NCBI GenBank assembly: GCA_963744145.1
Contig: CAVUSO010000001.1
Span: forward strand, 6,976,001-7,040,000
Direction of reading: 5' to 3'
Source of the DNA: an uncultured cyanobacterium
GTDB lineage: Bacteria; Cyanobacteriota; Cyanobacteriia; Cyanobacteriales; CAWUOF01
DNA length: 64,000 bases
Part shown: positions 23,201-33,424 of the stretch, in pieces
How positions within the stretch are numbered: position 1 is the stretch's first letter
Layout: each line of letters begins with the position of its first letter
Program-made: the position numbers and the translations under genes
Notes under the pieces: generated by a model
What the model was told of the DNA's origin: nothing
What the model saw: only the letters and a program-made list of their open reading frames with translations
The model's database searches: none

Positions 23201-26177
23201 TGCGAATGGGAATGTGACTACTCAGTCGCTGACAACTTCGGGGAATAGCATTAATATTACTAGCAATTTAGGTCAAATTGATACAACTAGCGGCACCCTT
23301 GATACTAGCTCAACTGGCTCGGGTGGAGATATAACTTTAGCAGCAAATAATCTCGGCGTTATCACAAGTAATATTAATAGTAATTCGACCGGGAGTGGTC
23401 AAGGAGGAAATATTACAATTACCAGTGGGGATGCGATCGATACCACTTTAGGAACGCTAAATGCTAGTTCAGAGACAGGTAAAGGTGGAGATATTATCTT
23501 AAATGCGAATAGCAATATCAAGATCGCTAATCTTAGTACAAATAGCAATCTTAGTAGTGGAGCCGGAGGCAATATTACCCTCACTACTACCGGCGGCTTA
23601 ATTACTAATACGTCTGGAACGATTAATGCAACTGCAAATTCAGGTAATGGCGGAAATATCTCACTAATGAGTACCAGCGATATTATTATCAATAATAATA
23701 TCAATAGCAGTTCTAATGGGACGGGGAAAGGAGGAGATATTTCTTTCACTAGCACTCAGGGTGCGGTGCAGATTAATTCTCTCAATTCAACTTCAGCGTT
23801 TGGAAATGGTGGCAATTTAACGATTAATGCTGCTAATGATATTAAAGGATTGTTGCTCTTTGCTGATGCGACTAAAGGTAATGGAGGAAATATTAGTCTC
23901 ATTAGCACTACTGGAGCAATTAATATTAGTTCGCTCAGTGCTAATTCTAATAATGCTCAAGCTGGAACCTTATTTCTCCAAGGGAATGGCAATATTACCA
24001 TAGGAGATTTAAGTGCTAAAGGGATTACGGGAATTAGTCAAGGTGGTCAGACCTCTATTATTAGTAAAAATGCCGCGATCGCTGTGGGTAATATTACCAC
24101 AACTGGTGCGGCAAGTGGAGGAAATATATCCATCCAAGCTAGTACCCAAATTACGACTAAACAAATTGATTCGAGCAGCACTACTGGAATGGGTGGTAAT
24201 CTGCTGATTGACCCCACGGGAGATATTCAAGTGAGTAATATTAATACTTCTGGGGGCACAATTGGAGGGAATGTGGATGTTACCGCAGGTAAATATTTGC
24301 GAGTAAATGTGCCCTTAACTACAGCTAATTGCGGCACATTTAGCGTTTGCACAATTGGTAATACTCAAGGAGGAAATATATTTCTCAGACATGGTGGTGA
24401 TGGGGTAACTCCTTTTATCGTGGGAGATGCTACAATCAATGGTACAGCTAGTGCAATATATAAGGGAAATAGTGCAGAACAAACTATTACTAGCGGTTCA
24501 TTCTTGACTACTCAATTACAAGACAATGGGACATTAGGAATTATTACTAATACTCCTTCTACACCAACACCAACACCCACATCCACACCTACACCTACAC
24601 CTACACTTACATTTACACCCACACCGATACCAACACCCACACCTACATTTACATCCACCCCAATATCCACCCCAATATCCACTCCAATATCCACACCAAT
24701 ATCCACACCAATATCCACCCCAATATCCACACCAACATCCACCCCAACATCCACACCAACATCCACCCCAATATCCTCAAATAGCGATCGCAATAATTTA
24801 GCAGCAATTAATCCAGTCGATTTAACCCAATTCCAATATCAACTAAAATCTTTACCATTACTAGATAATGCTAATTCCCAAAATCTCGCGATCGATAAGT
24901 CGATGAGCCAAGAATATACCAAATATTTTGGTCTGGCTGATTTGCCGGAAATTAGTGTGGGTAAAGTTCAAGAATCTTTAAGCAATATTGAAAATCAAAC
25001 TGGGATTAAGCCCGCAGTTATTTATGTATTTTTTGCACCTAGCACGGTTATTCCTGTCCCGATTAATCACGAGGTAAAAATTACTGAAAATCCCTTACAA
25101 GGACAAAATTTAGGTTTGTTACGATCGCGAAGCCAGGAGGAACAAGATCATTTAGAATTAATTTTAGTCACCGCCGGTTCTCATCCAATTCGCAAGTCCT
25201 TAAATGTGACTAGAGCCAAAGTGATCGCAACTGCTAAAAGATTTCAGGATACCGTAGCCGACCAAAAAATCATCGAAAAATATTATCTGGTGCCGGCTCA
25301 ACAAATGTATCAATGGTTAGTCGCTCCTTTAGAACAGAATTTACAACAATTGAAGATTCAAAATTTGGTCTATATCATGGATCAGAATCTGCGGACTATT
25401 CCTTTAGCGGCGATGCACGATGGTCAAGGTTTTATCATTGAACGCTACAGTGTGGGATTAATGCCAAGTTTTGCCCTGACTGACCCCAGTCACCAGGATA
25501 TTCATGATGCTCAATTATTGGTAATGGGTAGCACTAATTTCTCGGATGTTTTCCATCTGCGTGCTTTACCATCAGTCAAAGCGGAAGTAGACTTAGCCCA
25601 TCAACTTTGGCGAGGTAAATCTTTTCTCAATGACCAGTTTACCCTAGAAAACTTAAAATCCCAACGCGAACATCATCCCTTTAGAATCGTCCATTTAGCT
25701 ACCCATGCTAACGTTAATTCCGGCAACGCAGCCGAGTCTTATCTTTATTTTACTAAAGAACAATTACCTCTACCTAATTTACGTTCCATTAAGTGGAATA
25801 ATCCCCCAGTGGAACTATTAGTTTTAAGTGCTTGTCAGACCGCAGTAGGAGATGAAAATGCCGAATTAGGTTTTGCCGGATTAGCATTCCAAACTGGGGT
25901 AAAATCAGCTTTAGCTTCCTTATGGCATATTTCCGATAAAGGTACTTTGGGATTAATGACAGAGTTTTACCAGCAATTAAAAACAGCACCAATAAAAGCG
26001 GAAGCTTTACGTCGCGCTCAATTAGCGATGATGCGAGGTGAAGTGCGTTTGGAATCGGGCAAATTAGTCACCAGTCAGCAATCGTTTCCCTTACCTCCTG
26101 AGTTAGTTAAATTCCATTACCAATTCAGTCATCCTTATTTTTGGAGTGGATTTACAATCATTGGTAATCCTTGGTAA
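20230..26177 (+). pseudogene. TPS/FG-GAP/CHAT protein, array copy 5, -1 frameshift in G7 run at 22161-22167
   Basis: ORFs 20230-22245 and 22191-26177; a G8 run would restore SGGAPIAGQAFLF in frame. Confidence 0.8.
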
Positions 26178-26404
26178 TTCCGAAATCTCACTCAAACTAT
26201 GGGAGAATAGATGCAGGTGGTGTGCTTGTTATAGCCTAAATCTGAATTAGATTTGCTATGCTACCTAGTAACCACTACGCATTTTACTCACAAAACGGTA
26301 ATTATATCCATAATTCTAGTGGGACTGGGAAAGGAGGAGATATTTCTTTCACTAGCACTCAAGGTGGAGTGAATATTAATTTTCTCAGTTCAACTTCAGC
26401 ATTT
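26178..26404 (+). pseudogene. Remnant of a sixth array unit: intergenic spacer fused to ~90 bp of internal beta-helix sequence
   Basis: 26178-26311 matches spacer 14072-14205; 26314-26404 matches 23712-23801 (SSGTGKGGDISFTSTQG). Confidence 0.75.
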
Positions 26405-26450
26405 ATACCAATTGACTATGAAGATACATTGAGCAGATTGATCTGTGGGT

Positions 26451-26510
26451 GGGGGTGGGTTTTGATGATTAGTGGGTAAATAGCAAAAATCTCGGTGAAC
26501 CCACCCCTAC
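26451..26510. repeat. REP-like inverted repeat doublet
   Basis: GGGGTGGGTT ... AACCCACCCCTAC between convergent genes; CTAC/GTAG end. Confidence 0.55.
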
Positions 26511-26567
26511 AGAAATCCACAAATTGAGGATAAAATTGGTAGATATAGTAACGAAAATTTCGCAATA

Positions 26568-26894
26568 TTAAGCCTCTATTGGTTCAAGGTGTCCTGAACC
26601 TGCAAGTGTTTTGAGGTCAATATCTGCGATACATTTTACTTTCACATAATTGAGCGTTAAATCACCAACTAAGTGAACTGTCCCTACTTGATGCTCAAAG
26701 TCAGCCTCGGTGAAATTAGATGCGTCGGGATCAAGTTTGACCCCTAACTCAGTACCACCTTTTGGTCCGGTAAATTTAATATGCACATAAGCACGGTCAA
26801 TACTTTCTTTAAAAGCAGCGACAGTTTTTTCAGGTCGCAGCGATACTTCAACAGGGTGATTTCCTTGAGATAATCGTTGCACTAACTCATTCAT
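26568..26894 (-). CDS. Conserved small protein resembling the family often labelled 'MbtH domain protein'
   Basis: MNELVQRLS...YVHIKFT...GGTELG...LTLNYVKV.CIADIDL; AAGGA RBS-like sequence upstream; lacks an actual MbtH WTDxRP motif. Confidence 0.65.
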   Translation of the reverse strand: MNELVQRLSQGNHPVEVSLRPEKTVAAFKESIDRAYVHIKFTGPKGGTELGVKLDPDASNFTEADFEHQVGTVHLVGDLTLNYVKVKCIADIDLKTLAGSGHLEPIEA

Positions 26895-27013
26895 TGTGGT
26901 TTTTCCTTGTTTTTGTAGTATTCGGACTATTTGTCAGCACCTGGAGAGAAATAGCAATCGCTCTCAACTATTATCAATATTAAGGAACAGCGATCGCATT
27001 TTAGCAACATTAT

Positions 27014-27352
27014 CTAAAGTTCAAACTCTTCTAGGACGGATATATCTCCTAATTCGACTTGGACACAAAATACTCTTCCAACTTCACCTTTAAAGGGTTT
27101 TAGTTGAATATAGTTATCTTGACTGCGAGAAGTAACTTCCTGAAGGATTTTACCAGCTCTAGACAATAATGTTATTCTCAGATTTGGGGGCAAATATGTT
27201 TCTCCGTCTGTCGGATGCAACTGAATCAATACGTGCAATCTTCCTTCTTCTTCTTGTACGATATTGACCAGCAGTGCAACAGTCAGATCACCCAGTTGTA
27301 TGCCCAGGTCTATGAGTTTTGCCCTCTTTGTGTCTTCTTCGTTGTCGCTCAA
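27014..27352 (-). CDS. Stand-alone C-terminal domain of a DUF1822-family protein
   Basis: RAKLIDLGIQL...LPPNL...EEF aligns with the C-terminus of 56809-58281 (KARLIDLGMQL...LPPNL...EDF). Confidence 0.7.
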   Translation of the reverse strand: MSDNEEDTKRAKLIDLGIQLGDLTVALLVNIVQEEEGRLHVLIQLHPTDGETYLPPNLRITLLSRAGKILQEVTSRSQDNYIQLKPFKGEVGRVFCVQVELGDISVLEEFEL

Positions 27353-28106
27353 GATTTTTGCTCTCTCTTCTATATTATTTTTAGATGTTACACTATTTAT
27401 TTAAACACAACAATAGTCCGGATACATTTTAAAGCATATTTATATCAGCATCAGAAGGGGAATAGCGATCGCTCTCAAACAAATCAGCAAACCTGTGAGG
27501 ATAGTAGCTTAATCAGTAAACGTAACCTGTGAAATACTTACCAAGTAATCATTTCAGCTATTAATCTCTTTTGAGTGTAACCTGTAAAATATAGCGATCG
27601 CCCCCATTACCCAGTATTATTCTCTCATCAAGGTCTGAAATATTTCCAAACTTTTGCCGTGAGCCCAGTCGAATAGTTGCACATCCATCGGTAACCAGTA
27701 TCGCACCAGCACAAATACACCACCCCGAAAATGTGATCGCCCAAATATCCCCATCAACCAGATAGCAGGACGATCGCATTTAAACTAGACTTCAGGATAG
27801 CGATCGCTCTCCACCCGTCACAACTGCGATCGCATCTCACCAAATATGGACAACTAGGAAATATAGGGGTAATCACATTGTCTCGGATATGGATGAGGTT
27901 TTGAGGGGTGCGATCGCCTTGTCCCAGATATAGACCCAGATGTAGATAAGAGTTTGAGCTATGTGATCGCCTTTTAAATTGACATAAAACTTAAGAAAAC
28001 TTAACAGAATTAATAAAATTCAAAAAATTAAATTTTTGGCAATTGTATTGACTAATACTATAGGTAAGGTTATACATGAGATATATCTATATTATGTCCA
28101 TAGGAT

Positions 28107-29051
28107 ATGGGTAATTCAGAGGAACCATCACAAGAACCATTGCGGGAGTCAGTACAGGAATCATCATTGCAAGAACCATCACAGGAATTACTAGAGGAAG
28201 TACCACAAGAACCATCACAGGAATTGTTAGAGGAACTACCACAAGAACCATCACAAGAACCAGCCGAAAATATTATTGATATTGATTTTGATGTTTTGCT
28301 AAAGCATCTGTCGAAAGGATGGACAAATTTTAAGATGTCAAGAAATAACCGGGACTTTAAGACATCTATTAAGTATTTTGATGATTTTAGTAAAAGTATT
28401 AACCAGTTAATAACCAATTGGGAAGGTAGCCAAAAAGCTATTGTAAATGCCCTACAAGTTGAACAAAATCATATTAAATCTAATGCCTATCCTTTGGAGC
28501 TTGAGAATGCTTTAAAAGAAGCTGGAGTCCCAATAAGAGGTAAATTTCCCAATTATGACTTTCCTCCTTTTAATCTAAAAATTGACCTGGAAAACTATAC
28601 AGTTACACTTAAAATGGGTCGAAAAACTTTTGGAGATGAATTTAAACAAATTTTTGAGCCTTCAAAAATAGCAGAATGGGTATCTAAACAATATAAACGA
28701 GTTGTTATGACTAAGTTTAATATTGAACAATTCTGTAAGGAACTTTTTTCTACCTATGAAATTTTAAACCGTCTGTCATTACATAAAAGTGAAATTACAT
28801 GGGGGCATCCAGTACCATTAAAGGAAATCTATAAGTTATTAACAGTAAAAACTTTTGCAAAAGCGGAATATCCAGAGTCTCTTTTTATCTATGACTTAGC
28901 GAGACTCAAAGAACAGTTTCCAATTTATCATGAAAGTCATAGATTCGAGTTAGTACCTTCTCGAAGTTCATCTAGTGGTTTTTTATTAGTAAATAGTAAT
29001 GGACAAGAATCTCGTGTTAGCGATCTAGCGATTTATGAAAAAGGGAATTGA
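28107..29051 (+). CDS. Hypothetical protein with acidic N-terminal tandem repeats; first gene of ATPase module
   Basis: 314-aa ORF; QEPSQELLEE repeats; 45 bp upstream of the next gene. Confidence 0.75.
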   Translation: MGNSEEPSQEPLRESVQESSLQEPSQELLEEVPQEPSQELLEELPQEPSQEPAENIIDIDFDVLLKHLSKGWTNFKMSRNNRDFKTSIKYFDDFSKSINQLITNWEGSQKAIVNALQVEQNHIKSNAYPLELENALKEAGVPIRGKFPNYDFPPFNLKIDLENYTVTLKMGRKTFGDEFKQIFEPSKIAEWVSKQYKRVVMTKFNIEQFCKELFSTYEILNRLSLHKSEITWGHPVPLKEIYKLLTVKTFAKAEYPESLFIYDLARLKEQFPIYHESHRFELVPSRSSSSGFLLVNSNGQESRVSDLAIYEKGN

Positions 29052-29096
29052 GCAAGAAAGTGAATAAGAGTCATTAAATCAAGAAGGATGTAACTA

Positions 29097-30299
29097 ATGA
29101 AAATTGACCAAGCTGATATTGAATACCTAAGAAAAGGAAAACCTCCTTTAAATGAAGAGCTATTAGCCGCAATGACGTTAGGCCGTCATTTATGGTTAGA
29201 CCGAGTACGAGATTACTATCTTGATAACTATATTGCTAATGGTGGCAGCAAAGTTAAGGTTCTAATTGGTAGTAAAGGAACTGGTAAAACTCATTTAATT
29301 CGATGTGTTCAGTTAGATGCTAAAAATCTCGGATATGAAATAGTTTATATTTCAGCCCGGAACTATAAACTTAATAATTTAATTGATTTGTACTGTGCTA
29401 TTGCCCAAAAAATTGATACTGATAAGTTAATTAAAGGGTTATGTTGTTGTGTTGCTGAAAAATTAGGGTATGGTAAAGATAAATATGACGGTACAGATAA
29501 TTTTTTATCTATGTTAATTGATATAGGTATCCCCCGCGAGCAAGTTATCCAAGATGTTAAAGCAAGTGCAGCAGAAATATTTCGTAATGTTGATTTTGGA
29601 CCATCTTTTAGAACATTTGCTTACCAAATTGTTAAATATCACATGATTGGTGGTAATGAATCTGATATTAAACTGGCATTAAAATGGGTATCTGGTCAGG
29701 CATTACAACGTAAAGAAAAACAAGCATTACTTTTATTTGAACGATTGCAAAAGAACAATGCTCGTTATTGGCTAAATTCTTTAATTCGGTTACTCCATCT
29801 TGCAGGTATAACTGGTTTAGTAGTAGCTATAGATAATTTAGAAGTAGTTACAGAACGTATTCCAGACACCAAAAAATTTCGCTATACTACAAATGCAATT
29901 AAGGATATCTATGAAATTTTTCGTCAACTGATTGATGATGCAGAATTACTAAATAATTTTCTGCTTTTATTAGCGGGAAATCAAGAACTTACTGAAGATG
30001 AGACTCGTGGCTTTAAAAGTTATGATGCGCTATGGATGCGGTTACAAACTGGATTTATTCAGAATATAAAGTTTAACCCTTTTGCTGATATGATTAATGT
30101 GGATTATCATTTAATCGCCCAGGGAAAAGACTTTCCTGATCGAATTCATGCTAAATTACGTCAAATATTTAAAGATATGAAAATTAAAATGAAATATCGT
30201 GGTTTTTCTAATCCGCAGTCTAGTAGTGATTTGCAATCTAGAGTAATGGAAGCAGCAATGATGATACCAGATGTTGAACTTAATACGGAGTCTAAATAA
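29097..30299 (+). CDS. P-loop ATPase, BrxD/DUF2791-like
   Basis: GGSKVK, Walker A GSKGTGKT, Walker B-like VVAIDNLE, GFKSYDALWMRL motif. Confidence 0.75.
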   Translation: MKIDQADIEYLRKGKPPLNEELLAAMTLGRHLWLDRVRDYYLDNYIANGGSKVKVLIGSKGTGKTHLIRCVQLDAKNLGYEIVYISARNYKLNNLIDLYCAIAQKIDTDKLIKGLCCCVAEKLGYGKDKYDGTDNFLSMLIDIGIPREQVIQDVKASAAEIFRNVDFGPSFRTFAYQIVKYHMIGGNESDIKLALKWVSGQALQRKEKQALLLFERLQKNNARYWLNSLIRLLHLAGITGLVVAIDNLEVVTERIPDTKKFRYTTNAIKDIYEIFRQLIDDAELLNNFLLLLAGNQELTEDETRGFKSYDALWMRLQTGFIQNIKFNPFADMINVDYHLIAQGKDFPDRIHAKLRQIFKDMKIKMKYRGFSNPQSSSDLQSRVMEAAMMIPDVELNTESK

Positions 30300-31558
30300 T
30301 GCAGAAAAGTGATAATAATGTAAAACTTGCGATCGCAGTAGTAGAATCCTTAAGGTCTGGTATTCCTACTCGTGTTTCTACTAGAGCCTTACCAGATTTT
30401 CGCGATAATTTAACTCAACTGATTAAGCAGGATTTAAGTCAAATAGCTAAAGACAATATAGTTCCAGGTCGGTTAATCTGGGGAGCTTATGGGCAAGGAA
30501 AAACTCATGCTTTAACTATGGCAGAACATATTGCTCTAGAATCAGGATTTGCTGTTAGTCGTGTATCTTTCAATCGTGAAGTATCCTGTAACCATCTATT
30601 TAATTTTTATAAACAAGTAGCATCGGCAATCCGCACTCCAAATTCTCAAACCTTTGGGATTCAGCAAAAACTTGACAAGAAAAATAAAGCAGAATTACAT
30701 GAAAGTAGGATTCAAGAGCAAGATCGCTACATACATCCCCTACCAGCAATTGTTCTAGAGAATTACTTTGATACAACTGGCGAAGAACAAGATCAGCTCT
30801 ATGGCGATTTAATGGGAACGCAATTAGCAATGCCAGAAATTAGACGAATTTATCGTGCCAGTCAAGGAAAAGCAATGCCTAAGTTCCCAGCTTTTAAAGT
30901 CCGTAAAGATGCAAGTGCTTATTATGGTCTGATGGCAGATACTATTGTTTGGTGTGGTTATAAAGGTTGGGTAATCTTAATTGATGAAGTCGAATTAGTT
31001 GGACGTTTAGGTAAAGTTGCGCGTTTAGAAACCTATCAAAACTTAAATTGGTTACTAAATTGGTCAACCTTCCCATCAATGGCTATGCAATATCCTATTT
31101 ATACTTTGGGGGTTGTAGCATCTAGTTTAAGAAGTGATGTTTGGTATAATAGTAGCAATCCGACTAAAGATGCTAAAAGTGATCACCTAGCTATTCCAGA
31201 ATTAGCTGCTATTAAAAATGGAGAAGATGCAAAATTAGAAATGCAGCACTTTTTTGATAGAGCGATTGATAATAAGTTATGTCCGACTACTGAACCTTTA
31301 TCTAGAGATAATTTAAGTAACTTATTAAACAATTTAGCAAAATATCATAGTGTTGCCTATAACTGGAATGCAGAACTGAATATTGACAATCTGATTCAAA
31401 ATATGGGTGATCGTCCGGTACGCACTTATATTCGTGCAGCACTAGAAACGCTTGATATTCAGTTTCTTTATCAAGAAAATATTATTCCAATTCCCGATAA
31501 TTTAACAGAAGTAGATGTTAATGAGGATCAAGAACTTTTTAAATCAGAAGAAGGGTAA
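30299..31558 (+). CDS. P-loop ATPase, BrxD/DUF2791-like (second paralogue)
   Basis: VVESLRSGIP, Walker A GAYGQGKT, Walker B ILIDEVE; TAATG stop/start overlap with previous gene. Confidence 0.78.
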   Translation: MQKSDNNVKLAIAVVESLRSGIPTRVSTRALPDFRDNLTQLIKQDLSQIAKDNIVPGRLIWGAYGQGKTHALTMAEHIALESGFAVSRVSFNREVSCNHLFNFYKQVASAIRTPNSQTFGIQQKLDKKNKAELHESRIQEQDRYIHPLPAIVLENYFDTTGEEQDQLYGDLMGTQLAMPEIRRIYRASQGKAMPKFPAFKVRKDASAYYGLMADTIVWCGYKGWVILIDEVELVGRLGKVARLETYQNLNWLLNWSTFPSMAMQYPIYTLGVVASSLRSDVWYNSSNPTKDAKSDHLAIPELAAIKNGEDAKLEMQHFFDRAIDNKLCPTTEPLSRDNLSNLLNNLAKYHSVAYNWNAELNIDNLIQNMGDRPVRTYIRAALETLDIQFLYQENIIPIPDNLTEVDVNEDQELFKSEEG

Positions 31559-31782
31559 TTTAGATTATTAGACTAACAAAAAGTTTGAGGAGGTTTTAGG
31601 CGATCGCACTTTCCCAACAACACAATAAAAGCGATCGCACTAATCATTTGCCAAAAGGTTGCCCCCACTTCTCCCACATCTGGCGATTGAAAGGCGATCG
31701 CTCGCTACCTGCCTCAACCATTATCGCATCATATTGGATAGAATTGGGGAATTTGTGGCGCTCGCATTCCCTGAGATATGTA

Positions 31783-32433
31783 TCAATTATTATCTAATAC
31801 CTGTTGACATTCCCTTAATGGAAATTGCCGACCAACTAATTGATAATATGTAAGTTGTCCTTGAGCTACTCTCATTAAACAGATTAAAGACTCTTGCTTT
31901 TTTGCACTACCAGGCAAACCAGAATAATAATCATTTATAGAATCTTTTATTGTTGGTATACTTGGCGGATTTCTCGAAGCAAAACCACCTACGTGCCAAA
32001 TAATACCAAACAGATCGCTACTGGTTAAATCCATTGCCCAATTTACATTTTCAATAAAATTAGGTGATTCTTTGCTATATTCAAAAGGTATAGTAAATTT
32101 ATCTTGAGGCGGCTTCCACCATAGTTGTACTAAAAAACTAAGTGCTTTCTTTTGTTCTTCATTTATCCAAAGTTTAGCACCTAGTAATTGATCATCTAGA
32201 CTCTTTCTAGCATCCATAAGGTTTCTCATATTAATATTAGGACATGGCGGACTTAATTTTCCATATTTGCCAATTGCTGATAACATAGGAATAATCATAT
32301 CTGGTGTTAAATCTATTGCCCACCTACTATATTTACCAAACTTTAATTCCTGAATAAATTTTTCGTTTAATAAAGTTTGAATTTGATTTACCAAGTTTTG
32401 ATAAATAATTTCGTTTGATTGCTCCATAATCAT
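31783..32433 (-). CDS. Hypothetical protein with an internal two-fold repeat
   Basis: Long AT-rich ORF; RWAIDLT...SPP and NWAMDLT...NPP; start chosen at ATG 32433 (uncertain). Confidence 0.65.
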   Translation of the reverse strand: MIMEQSNEIIYQNLVNQIQTLLNEKFIQELKFGKYSRWAIDLTPDMIIPMLSAIGKYGKLSPPCPNINMRNLMDARKSLDDQLLGAKLWINEEQKKALSFLVQLWWKPPQDKFTIPFEYSKESPNFIENVNWAMDLTSSDLFGIIWHVGGFASRNPPSIPTIKDSINDYYSGLPGSAKKQESLICLMRVAQGQLTYYQLVGRQFPLRECQQVLDNN

Positions 32434-32954
32434 TAACCCTTTTTTGATAATTATCGCGATCGCACCAATCATTTCCCAAAGGGCTGTCCCCATTTCTCCC
32501 ACATTTGCCGATTAAACGGAGACTGCCACCGATAAATTAACTCACTTTCCAGTTCTTGACGGGCTCTAGTTTTACTCGGCACATTCCCCCAAAAAGCAAT
32601 ACAAACAGCAACATCTAATCTATATCTCCGATGTAGGACAAGATAATTGGACACATAACCTTTGCAATAATGCTGACCGTCCCATCTAAGATTAGAAGCT
32701 TTAGTTTCTCCAATATAGAGGATCAATTTAGCCGCGTTGTCCAGGACAAAGTAAATACACTCATCACCAGCATAACCATTACCGAAATCATGGAACGATA
32801 AGGGAAACACTTGCAGGTCAAACGGTTCTATCTCCTCAACAGGACAATGCAGCGGAGTAACCTCAAACAAACTGACAAATTTTAACCGCGCTGCAAGCCC
32901 ACCTCTTTAGAGGTCGGGATAAGCGCTGCGGCTGTCTTCCGCCGTCAATATTAA

Positions 32955-33348
32955 TTAATTGTGTTGATTCTCAATATATTTTCTAACAGTTTCTTCAGAA
33001 GCATTGCCAACCGTCCCGCAAAAATAACTTCTAGTCCAAAGAGATGGAATCTTTTTGAGATGTGGGTATTCACTACGCAGTTGAAACGAGGTAAACCCTT
33101 TCAGTCTAAACATAATTTGGCAAGCGAGCTAAATTAGGTGGTGCATCGACCAATAAATGTACATGATCTGGCATTATTTCTATCGCTACTATAGAACAGT
33201 CTAACTCAATACATTTATCGGTTAAAAGTTGCTTTAGACGTTCGGCTATACCTCCCACTAATACCTTTTTGCGTCTAGCTGGTATCCAAACAAAGTGATA
33301 TCTAATAAGTGTTACTGATGTACGTTTGGGTCTAAATTTATCTTGCAT
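32955..33348 (-). pseudogene. tnpA: IS200-family Y1 HUH transposase, frameshifted near 33120
   Basis: YHFVWIP, MPDHVHL; LKG...LWTRSYF...YIENQ continues in another frame. Confidence 0.85.
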
Positions 33349-33376
33349 ATACCTCTAAATTTGTTTGTAGATATTC

Positions 33377-33405
33377 TTGACATAAATACAATACCACCCT
33401 ACAAT
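33377..33405 (+). promoter_or_regulatory. Sigma-70-type promoter for tnpB
   Basis: TTGACA-17 nt-TACAAT, 19 bp upstream of ATG 33425. Confidence 0.65.
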
Positions 33406-33424
33406 AGCAGTGGGAGGTAAGAAA

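Noticed and set aside
641..25992. Many short antisense or alternate-frame ORFs within the array
   Set aside because: Shadows of repetitive coding sequence; they recur only because the host genes are paralogous
1..26177. Complete two-partner secretion locus
   Set aside because: No TpsB (ShlB/FhaC) transporter gene in the window; it may lie outside
27400..28000. ORFs in the HIP1-dense intergenic stretch
   Set aside because: No RBS or motif support; appears to be non-coding or decayed sequence
28107..31558. Complete BREX or Shango system
   Set aside because: No pglZ, pglX, brxC, TerB-like or helicase gene nearby
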